Shown here piece by piece: positions 1-12,358 of a stretch of 64,000 bases of DNA. The first letter of the stretch is position 1. Every line of letters begins with the position of its first letter. The position numbers and the translations under genes are program-made. A model generated the notes under the pieces. The model was given only the letters and a program-made list of their open reading frames with translations. It ran no database searches and was not told the DNA's origin. Origin of the DNA: Mobula hypostoma (taxonomy: Eukaryota); contig NC_086106.1 of the NCBI RefSeq assembly GCF_963921235.1, forward strand, positions 20,460,001 to 20,524,000, in the 5' to 3' direction.

Positions 1-389
1 GCCTTGGACAAAGCCATACTGACTATTCCTAATCATCTTATGCCTCTCCGAATGTTCATAATCCCTGCCTCTCAGGATCTTCTCCATCAAGCGTACCAAC
101 CACTGAAGTAAGACTCACTGTTCTATAATTTCCTGGGCTATCTCTACTCCTTTTCTTGAATAAGGGAACAATATCTGCAACCGCATTGACGATGCAAGGA
201 TTATTGCCAGAGGCTCAGCAATCTCTTCCCTCGCCTCCCACAGTAGCCTGGGGTACATCACATCCAGTCCCTAACTCGATGCTTTCTAAAAGCTCCAGCA
301 TTTTCTCTTTCTTTATATCTATATGCTCAAGCTTTTCAATCCGTTGTACGTCTTTTCCGCAGTGAATACTGAAACAAAGTATTCATTAA
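1..389 (-). mobile_element. CR1 LINE RT-region fragment (continues outside window)
   Basis: Same sequence as 30391-30779, which is part of a CR1 whose minus-strand ORF reads SLTSVVGRLME...DFSKSFDKVPH. Confidence 0.8.
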
Positions 390-1098
390 GTGACCCACTT
401 CTTTGCCATATGCAAGACCTCACCTCTTTCCTAAAATGACGAGAACTGCTCGCAATACCCAAAATGCTGCGCCAAGAGCAATCCACCGGTCTTCTAAGTA
501 CGGTGGCGGGAGTTCAGCTCAAGGCCAGCAACCTTGACATGTGTAAAGATAAGAAAGTGACCCCTATATAAAGTGACGCACTGGAGAAGCACTTGCTGAG
601 TTGGGAATGGCCCTGTGATGTTTTGTTGTTTGAGAAGTGAACGAAATAGAAGTTGGTTACATCAAAATATATTCGGTAAAATAAAACTGGAAAAAGTTTA
701 GTTGCAGCAAATCATACTTACAGGTTTCGGTGAAAGGGCATTGATGTGAGGTAGTAACTCTGCTTCTCAAACCACATATGTTCCCTGAGCTGCTCAGAGT
801 TGGCAGTGCAGAAGGTAGAATAATGCAAGTCGGGTAGATTTGCAGCCGAAGACATCCTACATCCTGGGAACAACAGGCGGTGACTACACTTTTGTCTGGA
901 TCGGTTGTCCTCGTGTACTTTACAGAAAATCACCGATAAAACTGACAGCAGGGAGCTGGGCTGAAGTGGGGAGCTGGAGGTGCGTGTGTCAGATTCGAAG
1001 AAACTCGCAACGAAATAACAAAAGGGCATTTGTACAAAATAATCGAGGGTGAATCACCAGACCGGATGAGATTATGTCTGATTGTTGTCTGTATTGTA

Positions 1099-2207
1099 TT
1101 AAGGATCTAGACCTGTGTATTTATATAAGATATCGCGTAGAGGATCGATGCTTGACTTGAGACACCTTGCTGCAAAGACCAATATGTCGAGGAGGCTCAT
1201 CACTGAAGCACTGTTTGCTGATGACTGTACCCTCATGGCCCACCGGGAGAACCAGCTGCAGACGATTGTCTACAAACTCTCCGCAGCCTCAAAACTGTTC
1301 GGCCTGCCAATGTGCCTCGGTAAGATAGAAGTTCTCCTGCAAACTGCAGTAAGCAGTAACCCTCCTCAGTCATGCATCACCATCGACGGCACTGTCCTGA
1401 AGAACGTGGAGAGCTTCAAGTATCTAGGAAGCACCATCTCCAGTGACGGATCCCTTGACAAAGAGATCACAACAAGGGTCCAGAAAGCAGCCAGGCACTC
1501 GGAAACTCTGGAGCACTCGGGAAAAGTTCTGGAGCATAAGGGCATTCAGCTTTGAACCAACCTCAAGGTGTAGAAGACTGTGGTCCGTAACCGCTCTCTT
1601 GTATGGCTGAAAAACCTGGACCCTCTACCGCAGGCGCATCAAACGGTTGAAACAGTTTCACATGCGCTCTCTGCGGTCGATAATGAGGATTCGATGGCAG
1701 GAACGAATCACCAACCAGGAAGTCCTTGACAGAGCCAACAGCACAGGCATTGAGGCAATGATCCTCCAGGCACGGCTATACTGGACTGGCCATCTAATCC
1801 GCATGGGTGAAACGAGAATCCCCAGGCAGCTGCTCTACGGTGAGGTTGAGCATGGCAGTCGCAACCAAGGCCGCTCCCCAAAAAAGATTCAAAGACAATC
1901 TGAAATCGTACATCAAATGGGCAGACCTCCAGCCTCGACGACTGGAGGAGTCCGCAACCGACAGGGCTGCGTGGCGCGCCCTGACCAAAAAGCGTCATCT
2001 GACTTTGAGAATGACCGAAATCAGCGCCTTGCAGCAGCACGAGACCGACGCCACAAAGCTGTGTATGCACCTGTTCTAACAACCGCCAATTCATGTCCAA
2101 CCTGCAACCGCATGTGTGCTTCGGCTTCGTCCTCCGAAGCCATATGCGTATCCACGGATGACTGCACAATGTTTAGTCTTCCTCGGACCCAGAGAGATAA
2201 CCACCAA
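1099..2207 (+). mobile_element. 5'-truncated RTE-clade LINE (RT C-terminus), frameshifted
   Basis: ORFs 1115-1555 (EALFADDCTLMAH...FKYLGSTIS) and 1647-2216 (MRIRWQERITNQEVL...RQLLYGE...CPTCNRMC). Absent from the homologous B-cluster flank (~21660). Ends approximate. Confidence 0.85.
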
Positions 2208-3631
2208 CTAATTTGATGGAACTTCGGGTGGCTTGAAGAATAGATGGGGAATTTTAGTTATTCATCTTTTGGGCTGCGGGCTGTGCCGATAAAGTCAGAG
2301 TGAATTACACATCTGGGTCGCTATTCAGAGAGAATTTGGATGCAATCACGTTGATGGGTCAGGGGTCATAAAGAGGCTTGGAGGCGAAGGATGAGTGATC
2401 TCTTTCCTGAAGGATATCACTAATTCTGAAAGGAAATTATTACGAATAGCGAGATTTGAAAATAAATGCAAACTTGAAATCAGACTGCAGATCCAAATCT
2501 ATTGCAAACTGCTCTGGGAATAGCAATAAAAATCAATTCCTGTGTGCGAGCTGTAATCTACACTTAACTCATGCTCTGAATACTCTGGGTGCTTGCTGGA
2601 ATCTCTTTGAGGAAGAATTCCCCAGAGTAACAAGCTAAATACTGATTCCATTCAATGACAGAGCAGAGAGTTACGTCATTGATCCGATAATGTCTGGGCT
2701 TCCCTTTAGCTGCGCAAACCCAATAAACCCATTGGCTCTCTGCTTTTCCCTGCATCCCTACGAATATCAAATGTCCTCCTGTTCCACCTCTACACTCACT
2801 ATTAGACATCACGATCATTCAGGCAGTGTGTTCCAGATCAGTAACGTTCATCAAAAACGTTCCCTTAATTGGTCCTTCCCCACAGCATCTATGCTACTCC
2901 CAATACCCATTCGCCAATGCAAGGATGCCTGCAATTTATGAAGGCATTGTGCCTACCATTCCCTGCTATATTATTTCTACACCACGTACCCACTGCCTTC
3001 CTAACTTCAACGTTCTGCCTCTCCGCACACCATTTCTTCACCTAAAAGGGAATACATTTAATGTCATGTACGCTGTGATGGCAATAAAGAACCAGCAGAA
3101 ATGGAAAATACTTTGGAGTCCAGTATTGCTATTAACTAATAACATTTATTAGTAATTACTCAATACAGTAATATCAATGTAGATAAATTAAACAGGTTAG
3201 CAATGATCATATATATAAGTAAGTAAATCAGTAAGTGTGGAAATATATGTGAAAAACCAAGCTTCTTTAAGTCTATGGTTAAAAACATACAGTCTTACGA
3301 CGATGAGTAAAGTTTAGTTCAGTTCGGTTCGTGATATTGAGTTGAGTAGTGACTTTAACAAAGGGGACCAGTTTTTTGTGGTGGAGCTTTCACCCAGGCG
3401 AGAGTGGACACATGGACAATTCCCCACCAGTCATTCCCTTTCCTTTTCACTGCAAGAGCGACTGATCGATCCTCCAAAACCCACTTTTCCCTACGGGCAC
3501 AACAATGCTCATTCAGTGTCCAAAACATATGTCTGAGGTCATCTGACCTCCTATTTATCTCACCGTACTGGATATCAACTTTCATTCAAAAAAGTCCTCC
3601 TTCTCTTCTCTGTGTAAGAATGGCAAGCAGG

Positions 3632-3742
3632 CAATTGCACATTGCACATTTGAATGGAGACGTAACGTAAATGTTTTTACTCATCATGTATATGAAGGAT
3701 GTAAGTAATAAGGTTAATTAAATTTAATCCAGTTCAATTCAA
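3632..3742 (+). mobile_element. 3' end of LINE with (TTCAA)n-type tail abutting J
   Basis: gcacattgcacatt...gaaggatgtaagtaataaggttaattaaatttaatccagttcaattcaa. The same tail is at about 23968, 41204 and 62650. Confidence 0.65.
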
Positions 3743-3781
3743 GTTACTGTGAGCGAGGTTCCTCTTTGCAGGCAAGATATT
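3741..3781 (-). pseudogene. IGHJ: IgH J pseudo-segment (cluster A, distal copy)
   Basis: Minus strand AATATCTTGCCTGCAAAGAGGAACCTCGCTCACAGTAACTT keeps GTSLTVT, but the WGxG motif is destroyed and the splice donor is replaced by a LINE tail. Preceded by an RSS. Confidence 0.75.
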
Positions 3782-3820
3782 CACACTGCTCCGTCTCTAA
3801 ATTCACCCAGTGGAGTAATT
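3782..3820 (-). promoter_or_regulatory. J recombination signal, 23-bp spacer (degenerate)
   Basis: Plus strand cacactg(3782-88), 23 nt, ggagtaatt(3812-20). Confidence 0.65.
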
Positions 3821-5138
3821 TCACTTTCCTGTCACATCCACTAATCTCAGAAAAGTGTCAACATGTCCCAGAACAACAGCAGCCGCTTGCTCGATTTCTA
3901 TCCGAAGCTTCGAACTTGGATCTTCCTGGCCTTGTCATAAAGGGGCTATGGTAACGGACCCAAATGCAAGACACAGGCACTGCAGTACTAGCTACAGGCC
4001 AAGTTTTATCAAGAAAGCAAGGGGAGTTCGGAAGAAACGACGCTGGACATGGACAAAGGCCCTGGACGAGGCAAAGACACCGGGCCTGGTCTAGGACTAA
4101 GACTTGGAAAAGGAACTTGGAACTACGTGCCTGGGCTAGGACTCCAAGCCAGAGACTGGACAGGGACCAGCAACATGGGTCTTGATTCGGGCTCGGACCC
4201 CAGATCTATGCGAGGACAAGACGTGGCTACAGGACTGGACGTGGTTGCAGGACTGGATGTGGAACTCCTGTACAGGACGAGGCACATTGCAATGACGAGA
4301 ACGCAAAGCCTTGACATGTACAAGACCAGGTTCTTGGACTAGGCTTGGATAAAACGGGGTTCTTGGACGTGGCTTGAGCTAGACGAGGGATCCCTGGACT
4401 CAACGAGGGAACTCCTGGTCTGGACGGGGGAACTCCTCGAATGCAGGACGAGGCTCTTGGACGAGGTTTGCCTCGGCTCTTGGACTCGGCTTGGTTAGGC
4501 TCTTGGGTACTGAGCAGGGACACCTCCGTGGAGCGCCGGGCCAGGGAACTTTCTAGGGGCAGGGCCGGGACCATTTCCAGGACGCATGGTCGGGACACTT
4601 TTTCAGACCCAGTGCCGGGACGCTTTTAGTATTCAGGACCGTGTTGCTTTCTAAGATGCAGGGCCGGGATGACTGCCGGGGATACTAGCTGAGGGAAACG
4701 CCGAGGTAAACTGCGAGGCAGTTGTCGGGGATTCTGATGGGGAGGATCCAGCACAGGACGAGAACACGAAGTCTTGACTTGGACAGGACTGGAGCACGGC
4801 ACCTGGTACCTGGAACACAGGAACACAGAACACAGAGCCGGGACCCCTCCTTGAGGACAGGACGTAGGGCCGGGACTCGTACACGGAACGCCGAGCCAGG
4901 ACCTCTCCTTGGATACAGGACTTAGGGTCGTGGCTCTGCACAGAGTCAAGACCCCTCTGTGTGAACAGGACATAGGGTCGGGACTCTTCTGGACAAGGAA
5001 CACTAAACACAAAGAGACACTTCCAAAGTTAACAATAGATTGTTCCTTATCTTGACGCGACAAGGCTCCAGTCTCTCTCCGGTGGGTTAACTTGAAGGGC
5101 AATTCTGACGGAGTGGCAGAAGAAGGTGGTAGACGAAG

Positions 5139-7520
5139 AGCAAATCTACAGGGAAATAGCAAGCAACTGCAGGAAACATAAACTTGTGGTGGTAGGTGAT
5201 TTTAATTTTCCATATATTGATTGGGACTCCCATACTGTTAGGGGTCTAGATGGTTTGGTGTTTGTAAAATGTGTTCAGGAAAGTTTTCTAAATCAATTTA
5301 TAGAGGGACCAACTAGAGGGAATGCAATATTGGATCTCCTGTTACGAAACGAGTTAGGACAAGTGATGGAAGTCTGTGTAGGGGAGCACTTTGGTTCCAG
5401 TGATCATAACACCATTAGTTTCAACTTGATCATGGACAAGGATAGATCTGGTCCTAGGGTTGAGATGCTTAACTGGAAGAAGGTCAAATTTGAAGAAATG
5501 AGAAAGGATCTAAAAAGCGTGGATTGACACAAGTTGTTCTCTGGCAAGGATGTGATTGGTAGGTGGGAAGCCTTCAAACGAGAAATTTTGAGAATGCAGA
5601 GTTTGTATGTTCCTGTCAGGATTAAAGGCAAAGTGAATAGGAATAAGAAACCTTGGTTCTCAAGGGATATTGCAACTCTGATAAAGAAGAAGAGGGAGTT
5701 GTATGACATGTATAGGAAGCAGGGAGTAAATAAGGTGCTTGAGGAGTATAAGAAGTGCATGAAAATACTTAAGAAAGAAATCAGGAGTGCTAAAGGAAGA
5801 GATGAGGTTGCATTGGCAGTCAAAGTGAAGGATAATCCAAAGAGCTTTTACAGATATATTAAGAGCAGAACGATTGTAAGGATAAAATTGGTCCTCTTGA
5901 AGATCAGAGTGGTCGCCTATGTGCGGAACCAAAGGAAATGGGGGAGATCTTAAATAGGTTTTTTTGCATCTGTATTTCCTAAGGAAATTGGCATGAAGTC
6001 TATGGAATTAAGGGAAACAAGTAGTGAGATCATGGAAACTCTACAGATCGAAAAGGAAGAGGTGCTGCTGTCTTGAGGAAAATTAAAGTGGATAAATCCA
6101 CGGGACCTGACAGGGTGTTCCCTCGGACCTTGAAGGAGACTGGTGTTGAAATTGCAGGGGCCCTGGCAGAAATATTTAAAATGTCGCTGTCTACAGTTGA
6201 GCTGCCGGAGGATTGGAGAGTGGCTCATGTTGTTCCGTTGTTTAAAAAAGTATCGAAAAGTAATCCGGGAAATCATAGGCTGGTAAGTTTAACGTCGGTA
6301 GTTATTGGAGGGAGTACTAAGAGACAGAATCTACAAGCCTTTGGATAGACAGGGACTTAATAGGGAGAGTCAACATTGCTTTGTGCGTGGCAGGTCATGT
6401 TTGACCAATCTACCGGAGTTTTTCGAGGAGGTTACCAGGAAAGTGGATGAAGGGAAGGCAGTGGGTATTGTCTACATTGACTTCAGTAAGGCCTTTGACA
6501 AGGTCCCGCATGGGAGGTTAGTTAGGAAAATTCAGTCGCTGGATATACATGGAGAGGTGGTAAATTGGATCAGTCATTGGCTCAATGGAAGAAGCCAATG
6601 AGTGGTAGTAGAGAATTGCTTCTCCGAGTGGAGGCCTGTGACTGGTGGTGTGCCACAGGGATCAGTGCTGGGTCCATTGTTATCTATATCAATGATCTGG
6701 ATGATAATGCGGTAAATTGGATCAGCAAATTTGCTGATGATACAAAGATTGGAGGTGTAGTAGACAGCGAGGAAGGTTTTCAGAGCCTGCAGAGGGACAT
6801 GGACCATCTGGAAAAATGGGCTGAAAAATGGCAGATGGAGTTTAGTGCAGACAAGTGTGAGGTATTGAACGTAGGAAGGACAAACCAAGGTAGAACATAC
6901 AGGGTTAATGGTAAGAGTATAAGAGCTGGAATGTTATGATGAGGTTGTGTAAGGCATTGGTGAGGCCGAATCTGGAGTATTATGATCAGTTTTGGTCACC
7001 AAATTACAGGAAGGATATAAATAAGGTTAAAAGAGAGCAGAGAAGGTTTACAAGGATGTTGCCAGGACTTGAGAAACTCAGTTACAGGGAAAGGTTGAAT
7101 AGGTTAGGACTTTATTCCATGGAGCGTAGAAGAATGAGGGGAGATTTGATAGAGGTATATAAAATTATGATGGGTATAGATAGAGTGAATGCAAGCAGGG
7201 TTTTTCCACTGAGGCAAGGGGAGAAAAAAAAACAGAGGACATGGGTTAAGGGTGAGGGGTGAAAAGTTTAAGGTGAACATTAGTGGGGACTTGTTCACAC
7301 AGAGAGTGGTGGGAATATGGAATGAGCTGCCAGACGAGGTGGTAAATACGGGTTCTTTTTTAACATTTAAGAATAAATTGGACAGATACATGGATGGGAG
7401 GTGAATGGTGAATGGTCCGTGTGCAGGTCAGTGGGACTGGGCAGAAAAAGGGTCGGCACAACCAAGAAGGGCCATAAGGCCGGTTTCTGTGCTGTAGTTT
7501 CTATGGTTCTATGGTTCTAT
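5139..7520 (+). mobile_element. CR1 LINE, 5'-truncated (end of endonuclease + RT), many frameshifts
   Basis: ORFs with [31 protein letters not shown]. (ctatggtt)n tail. GAAG flanks both ends (5135-38, 7521-24). Confidence 0.92.
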
Positions 7521-9288
7521 GAAGGTAGCAGGCGAGGTCGCAGGCAAGGTAGCAGGCTAGGACTCGGAAGGAAGGGAAAGGGAACTGTCCAGCAGGGAAT
7601 CCTTGGTTTTCAGAGGGAGTTATGTGCCAGCCCAAAACGAGAATCAGGTACCTCAATTAAGGTAACCAATGGAACAAGGGAAAACAGGAAACCCCGGAAT
7701 AAGGATTGATGAACCGGACCGTGAACGGGAATGCGGATTTCACGGACTGGACCATGGCAGTAACACCATCCTCCCCTCCCCCCATGTGAGCCTCCTGGCC
7801 ACCGAGCAGGCTGTCCAGGACTAAGGACGATCTGGGCGGTGGGGGGGGGGGGGGCGGGTTACGGTTTAGTATTCAACAGGAGGGCCCCCAGAGTTAAACG
7901 ACAGTGTCTGTGTTGATGGGTCCATGTATGAATGGACTTTTCTTATATAAGCGGACGTTGGGAACCGCCCAAATGCAAAACACAGTCACTGGAGTACTGG
8001 GAACAGGACACGTTTTATCAGGGAAGGAAACGGAGTCAGAAAGAAACAGCGCTCGACCTGGACACAGGCCTTGGACGGGACCAGGACACCAGGCCTGGGC
8101 TAGGACTATGACGACGAAAAGCAGGACCTGGACAAGGAACATAGAACTAGGAGCTTTGGCTAGGACTCCGAGCCAGAGACTGGACAGGGACCCGGAACCT
8201 GGGTCTTGTCTCAGGTTCGGAGCCCGGATCTAGGCAAGTACAAAACGTGGCTATTTGACTGGACGTGGCTAGGCTACAGGCCTGGAAGTGGAGCTCCTGC
8301 ACTGGAGGAGAACACAAAGCCTTGATTTGGACAGAACGAGGTTCTTGGACTAGGATTAGACAAGACGAGGTACTTGGACGTGGCTTGGACTAGACGGGCT
8401 ACCTGGACGTGGCTTGGATTAGACGAGGTTCTTCCACATGGCTTGGAGTAATCGAGGGACTCCTGGACTGGACGAGGGAAGTCCTGGACTGGACGAGGGA
8501 AGTCTGGACAGGGCGAAGAAATCCAGGGCAGGGCTTGTAACTCCAGAGCAGGGCGAGAAGCTCCAGGGCAGGACGTGGCTCTTGGACAAGGTTTGGTTCG
8601 GCTTGGTTAGGCTCTTGGGCACGGAGCCAGGACTCCTGCTTGGCGTGCAGGGCCGGGAAACTTTCTAGGACATAGGGCGGGTCCATTTCTAGAAGGCAGT
8701 GCCGGGACGCTTTCTAGGACGCAGGGCCGGGACCCTTTCTTGGACGCAGGGCCGGGAGGCTTACTAGGACGCAGGGATGGGGCAGTTTCTAGGACGTAGG
8801 GCCGGGTTGACTGCCGAGGATACTAGAGGAGGGACCTGCTGAGGTAACTGTCGGGGATTCGGATTGGGACGATCCAGCACAGGACGAGAAGACGAAGCCT
8901 TGACTTGGACAGGAGTGGAACACGGCGCCTGGAACTTGGGACACAGGAACACAGAATACAGAGCCGGGACCCCTCCTTGAGGACAGGGCATAGGGCCGGG
9001 TCTCGTACATGGAACCCCGAGCCAAGATCCCTCCTTTGCAACAGGCCATAGGGCCGGGACTCTTCTAGACACGGGACACTAAACACGACGACACAAAACG
9101 ACAGTTCCAAAGTTAACGACAGATTTTTCCTTAACTTGATGCGACAAAGCTCCTGTCTCTCTCCGGCGGGATAACTTGACGGGGTTCTTTGACGAAGTGG
9201 CAGACGAAAGTGGCAGACAAATGTTGCAGGCGAGGTTGCATGCGAGGATTCGGAAGAAAGGGGAAGGGAACAATCCAGCAGTGATTCC

Positions 9289-9775
9289 ATAAGACCATAA
9301 GACCAGAAGACAAAGGAGCAGAAGTAGGCCATTCGGCCCATCGAGTCTGCCACGCCATTCTATCATGAGCTGATCCATTTTATCCTATTTAGTCCCACTG
9401 CCCCGCCTTCTCACCATACCCTTTGATGCCCTGGCTACTCAGATACCTATCAATCTCTGCCTTTAATACACCCAATGACTGGGCTCCACTGCTGCTCGTG
9501 ACAACAAATTCCATAGATTCACCACCCTCTGACTAAAAAAAAAATTCTTCGCATTTCTGTTCTGAAAGGGCGCCCTTCCATCCCGAAGTCATGCCCTATC
9601 GTAGTAGTCTCCCCCATCATGGGAAACAACTTTGCCACATCCACTCTGTCCATGCCTTTTAACATTCGAAATGTTTCTATGAGGTCTCCCCTCATTCTTC
9701 TAAACTCCAAGGAATACAGTCCAAGAGCGGACAAACGTTCCTCATATGTTAACCCTCTCATTCCCACAATGATTC
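9289..9775 (-). mobile_element. CR1 3' fragment, copy-1-specific insertion
   Basis: (cataagac)n tail; ORF GLTYEERLSALGLYSLEFRRMRGDLIE. Copy 2 shows the empty site cagtgattcc|ttg at about 47580. Confidence 0.85.
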
Positions 9776-9840
9776 CAGTGATTCCTTGGATTGCAGAGAT
9801 ATTTATGTGCCAGCCCAAAACGAGATTCAGGTGCTTCAAT

Positions 9841-9892
9841 TAGGAAAGATATTCACAGTGCTCCGTCTCCCCATTCACTCAATACAGCGACT
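9841..9892 (-). pseudogene. IGHJ: IgH J stub (13 nt) with intact-looking RSS23 (cluster A)
   Basis: Plus strand cacagtg 9854-60, 23 nt, acagcgact 9884-92. Coding AATATCTTTCCTA is then fused to LTR sequence. Confidence 0.7.
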
Positions 9893-10204
9893 TCACTTGC
9901 TCGCCACATCCACTGATCTCAGAAAAGTGTCAACATGATCCCAGACCGGCAGCAGCCACTTCCTGGACTTGTATCCGAAATTCTGATCTTTGCTCTTCCT
10001 GGTCGCTGAATAAAGGAGACCTTTTCACAGTTCTCCTGTGTGCAGACAAGAAAATCAAAGTCGAAGCCAGTTGGGCTTTTACTTGCCCAGAAATAAACAT
10101 TTTCTATTGCAGTCTCAGTCAGCCTTCAGGGCTTTGACTCTGGGAGGCAACAATACGGAATTCGTGGAGACAGACAGCGATGCTGATGCCCATTTGTCGG
10201 GACT

Positions 10205-10268
10205 AGTTTCTGTTCAGCTCCCCATCACCGTGGTGGAGATCACAGTGCTTCACTGCAGGTCAAAATCA
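10205..10268 (-). other. IGHD: IgH D segment (8 nt, 10233-10240, ATCTCCAC on minus) flanked by two 12-bp-spacer RSSs
   Basis: Plus strand agtttctgt-12-caccgtg | gtggagat | cacagtg-12-tcaaaatca. Confidence 0.85.
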
Positions 10269-10493
10269 GATTTCATCATATCCAGCAGAAATGCAATGGA
10301 TCACAGAGCCGGCCAAAGTATATATTAAACCCTCCCTCTGGGTAAAGGCGTCCGACATAGCAGGTCTCAATCTTGGCCATCCCAGTTCTGAAGTAGATAT
10401 GATATAACCAACCGACAGCTTTTTCTGGGCTTCAACTAACAGCTCCTCCTCGGTAGTTCCGTTCGCATTGAGACGCATTGCCAGTTGAACCTG

Positions 10494-11010
10494 TGTCATG
10501 CTGGATCAACAGATGCAAAGGCAATCGTACCACGAATACAATAACACACGTAATTCTTTTTCAAACCTTTATTCTTTACTGACAGCATGCTATGGGGGAA
10601 GTTACAGACTGATCTCCCAAAAGAGCACCGAATTGCACAATTCTACGCAATTTATGACATTGATCAGGAATCAGGAAATCTTACGATTACGGGTTTAGAT
10701 AACATTGGAGTCATTTCAATTCCATGCTAAGATACAGTTAGATGTAAATATAATAATTGGTTAGTTAGTTACGATTATTCAAAGCCAAAGTTATAGTCAT
10801 ACCTTGAGATGCTTCTGCAAGTTCGGATAGTTCTTTTTTTGAACCTTTGCCTATCTTTAGAGAACAATGACAAGTACGCCACCGGTTGCTGGGTAAAGTT
10901 TCTTTTTGACTGTTAAAAACAGTAAGATAAGGCGCCCACAAGGTGATCGATCATTAGTTAATCATTTTTCTTGGTCTGTACCCCTATTTTCCTAGCCTTT
11001 CACTCCATCA
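10494..11010 (-). repeat. ERV 3' LTR (517 bp)
   Basis: Homologous to 16295-16901. AATAAA on minus at 10568-73; preceded by PPT. Confidence 0.9.
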
Positions 11011-12358
11011 ATCCGCCGTTTTATCATACCATAATGACCAATCAAATGCGGGGACGAGAAGGGCATCATCAATCTTTCCATGAAAAGCTGGCAGCCAGCA
11101 TTTAGGCAGGTCATTATCAGACGGCAAGCAATAATTATAACAATGAGAATAATCAGCCCATGCTGGAAATACGACTCCCGTGATCCTCCGTCCAACCATC
11201 CTAACCAGCCATCCTCCTTCCCTGAACCTTGCTTGATATCATTCAATAGTTTCGTAATAGACTGAATGGCATGGGTCACGTCGTATAATTCGTCAGTAAC
11301 ATGGGTGATACATTTGTCTCCGACTATGGCGCATACCCCTCCCTGTTGGGTCAACAGATAATCCACAGCATACCTGGTTTGCTGTGCGTAGAGTCGTAAC
11401 TCCACCAATTCTCTGTTAACAGCCTCCATGCCTTCCACCGTACTGTTTCCCAGTGCCGCCAGCCCACCAATGAGGCTGTTGCGGTTCTTCGTAGCTATGG
11501 CTCCTGCCGAACTCCCTAGAGAGAGAGTGCTCAGAAACCCATAGCCCAGAGAGGAGCCCAGAGTAACAGGATTCCTCCAGTCAACACAGAATTCCTTACT
11601 CACAGCTCGAACTGTCAGTCGCCGTCGAACGTGGGCAACCTGGGAGCAGTGATCAGAAAGTGGTCCAATCGTTCCTGCTGCAAGGAGGTTAGGCAGAATG
11701 GTGGTAGATGCAGTATAGGTACCGTTGAAGAGTAACATATATCCTGATTTGGCCCTGTAAAATCTATTTTTGTAACTCAATATTTTATCATAGCACAACT
11801 CCTCCTGTGGATGAAGGGAGGAGTATGCAAAAGTCCCGGAACCTGTCGACACATGAGTCCCATTGCAATGCCCACATACATACTGAATTCCCTTAAAGAG
11901 CGGCACGCGTTGTTCGTGGATACATTTGCAAGACAATATTCCCTGGTTTATCCTACTTCGGTGGTCCGGACAATAACTCTTCAGGCAAAGTATCTCCGGG
12001 GGAACCCTGACAAGGAAGCACCCCTCCCCCTTCTTCTGCAAAACAGAAGGGATAATCCCCGACGCCCTCGCTAGTAATCTCACCACCCACTCTCTTAAGA
12101 CACTTTCCCCTGATCCCCCTTACATTCTGCCCCTGATTTAACCTCCACTATTAAGTCATGTTCCACCCAATTTAGCCCTGATGGGTTAGCAACAAACAGT
12201 GCTTCTACAGATTGTACCAAATGATAACATGCTGTACGGTTACCATACAAATGCATATGAGTCTTATAAAATAAATTGTCCTCCAGGCTTAATACGGTGG
12301 GGGCAATTATAACAATGAAAAGTCCAATAATAGTCTTTAGTCCACATGCGGAGCCCAT
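10992..12358 (-). pseudogene. env: ERV envelope (signal peptide, SU, TM); stop at 12095-97 and frameshift near 12086
   Basis: Signal-like MGSACGLKTIIGLFIVIIAPTVLS. 364-codon open stretch with CGHC, RRR, a fusion-peptide-like segment, ISD-like QQTRYAVDYLLTQQGGVC-X6-C and TM GLIILIVIIIAC. Confidence 0.88.

Larger units (their letters stand above)
3949..9840 (-). mobile_element. Internally deleted sushi-like (Ty3/Gypsy) LTR element with two long low-complexity LTRs and nested CR1s
   Basis: LTR-1 is 3949-7759 (split by CR1) and LTR-2 about 7946-9840 (5'-truncated). The ~190-bp internal part has a gag-like ATGGACCC start and a G-rich PPT. In copy 2 the LTR start is canonical TGTCACGG (plus ccgtgaca 46061-68). 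Family assignment is inferred from terminal motifs. Confidence 0.6.

Noticed and set aside
3960-5120. Many overlapping ORFs (also 7900-9380, 43760-44340, 46230-47440)
   Set aside because: Products of low-complexity LTR sequence with no recognisable protein motifs.
10000-10052. Possible third D segment (cacagtt/cacagta heptamer; also at about 24179, 47821, 62863)
   Set aside because: Only one plausible heptamer; nonamers do not fall at 12 or 23 nt consistently across paralogues.
10992-12358. Domesticated (syncytin-like) env gene
   Set aside because: The signal-peptide part is separated by a stop (copy 1) and a frameshift shared by both copies; copy 2 has further disruptions.
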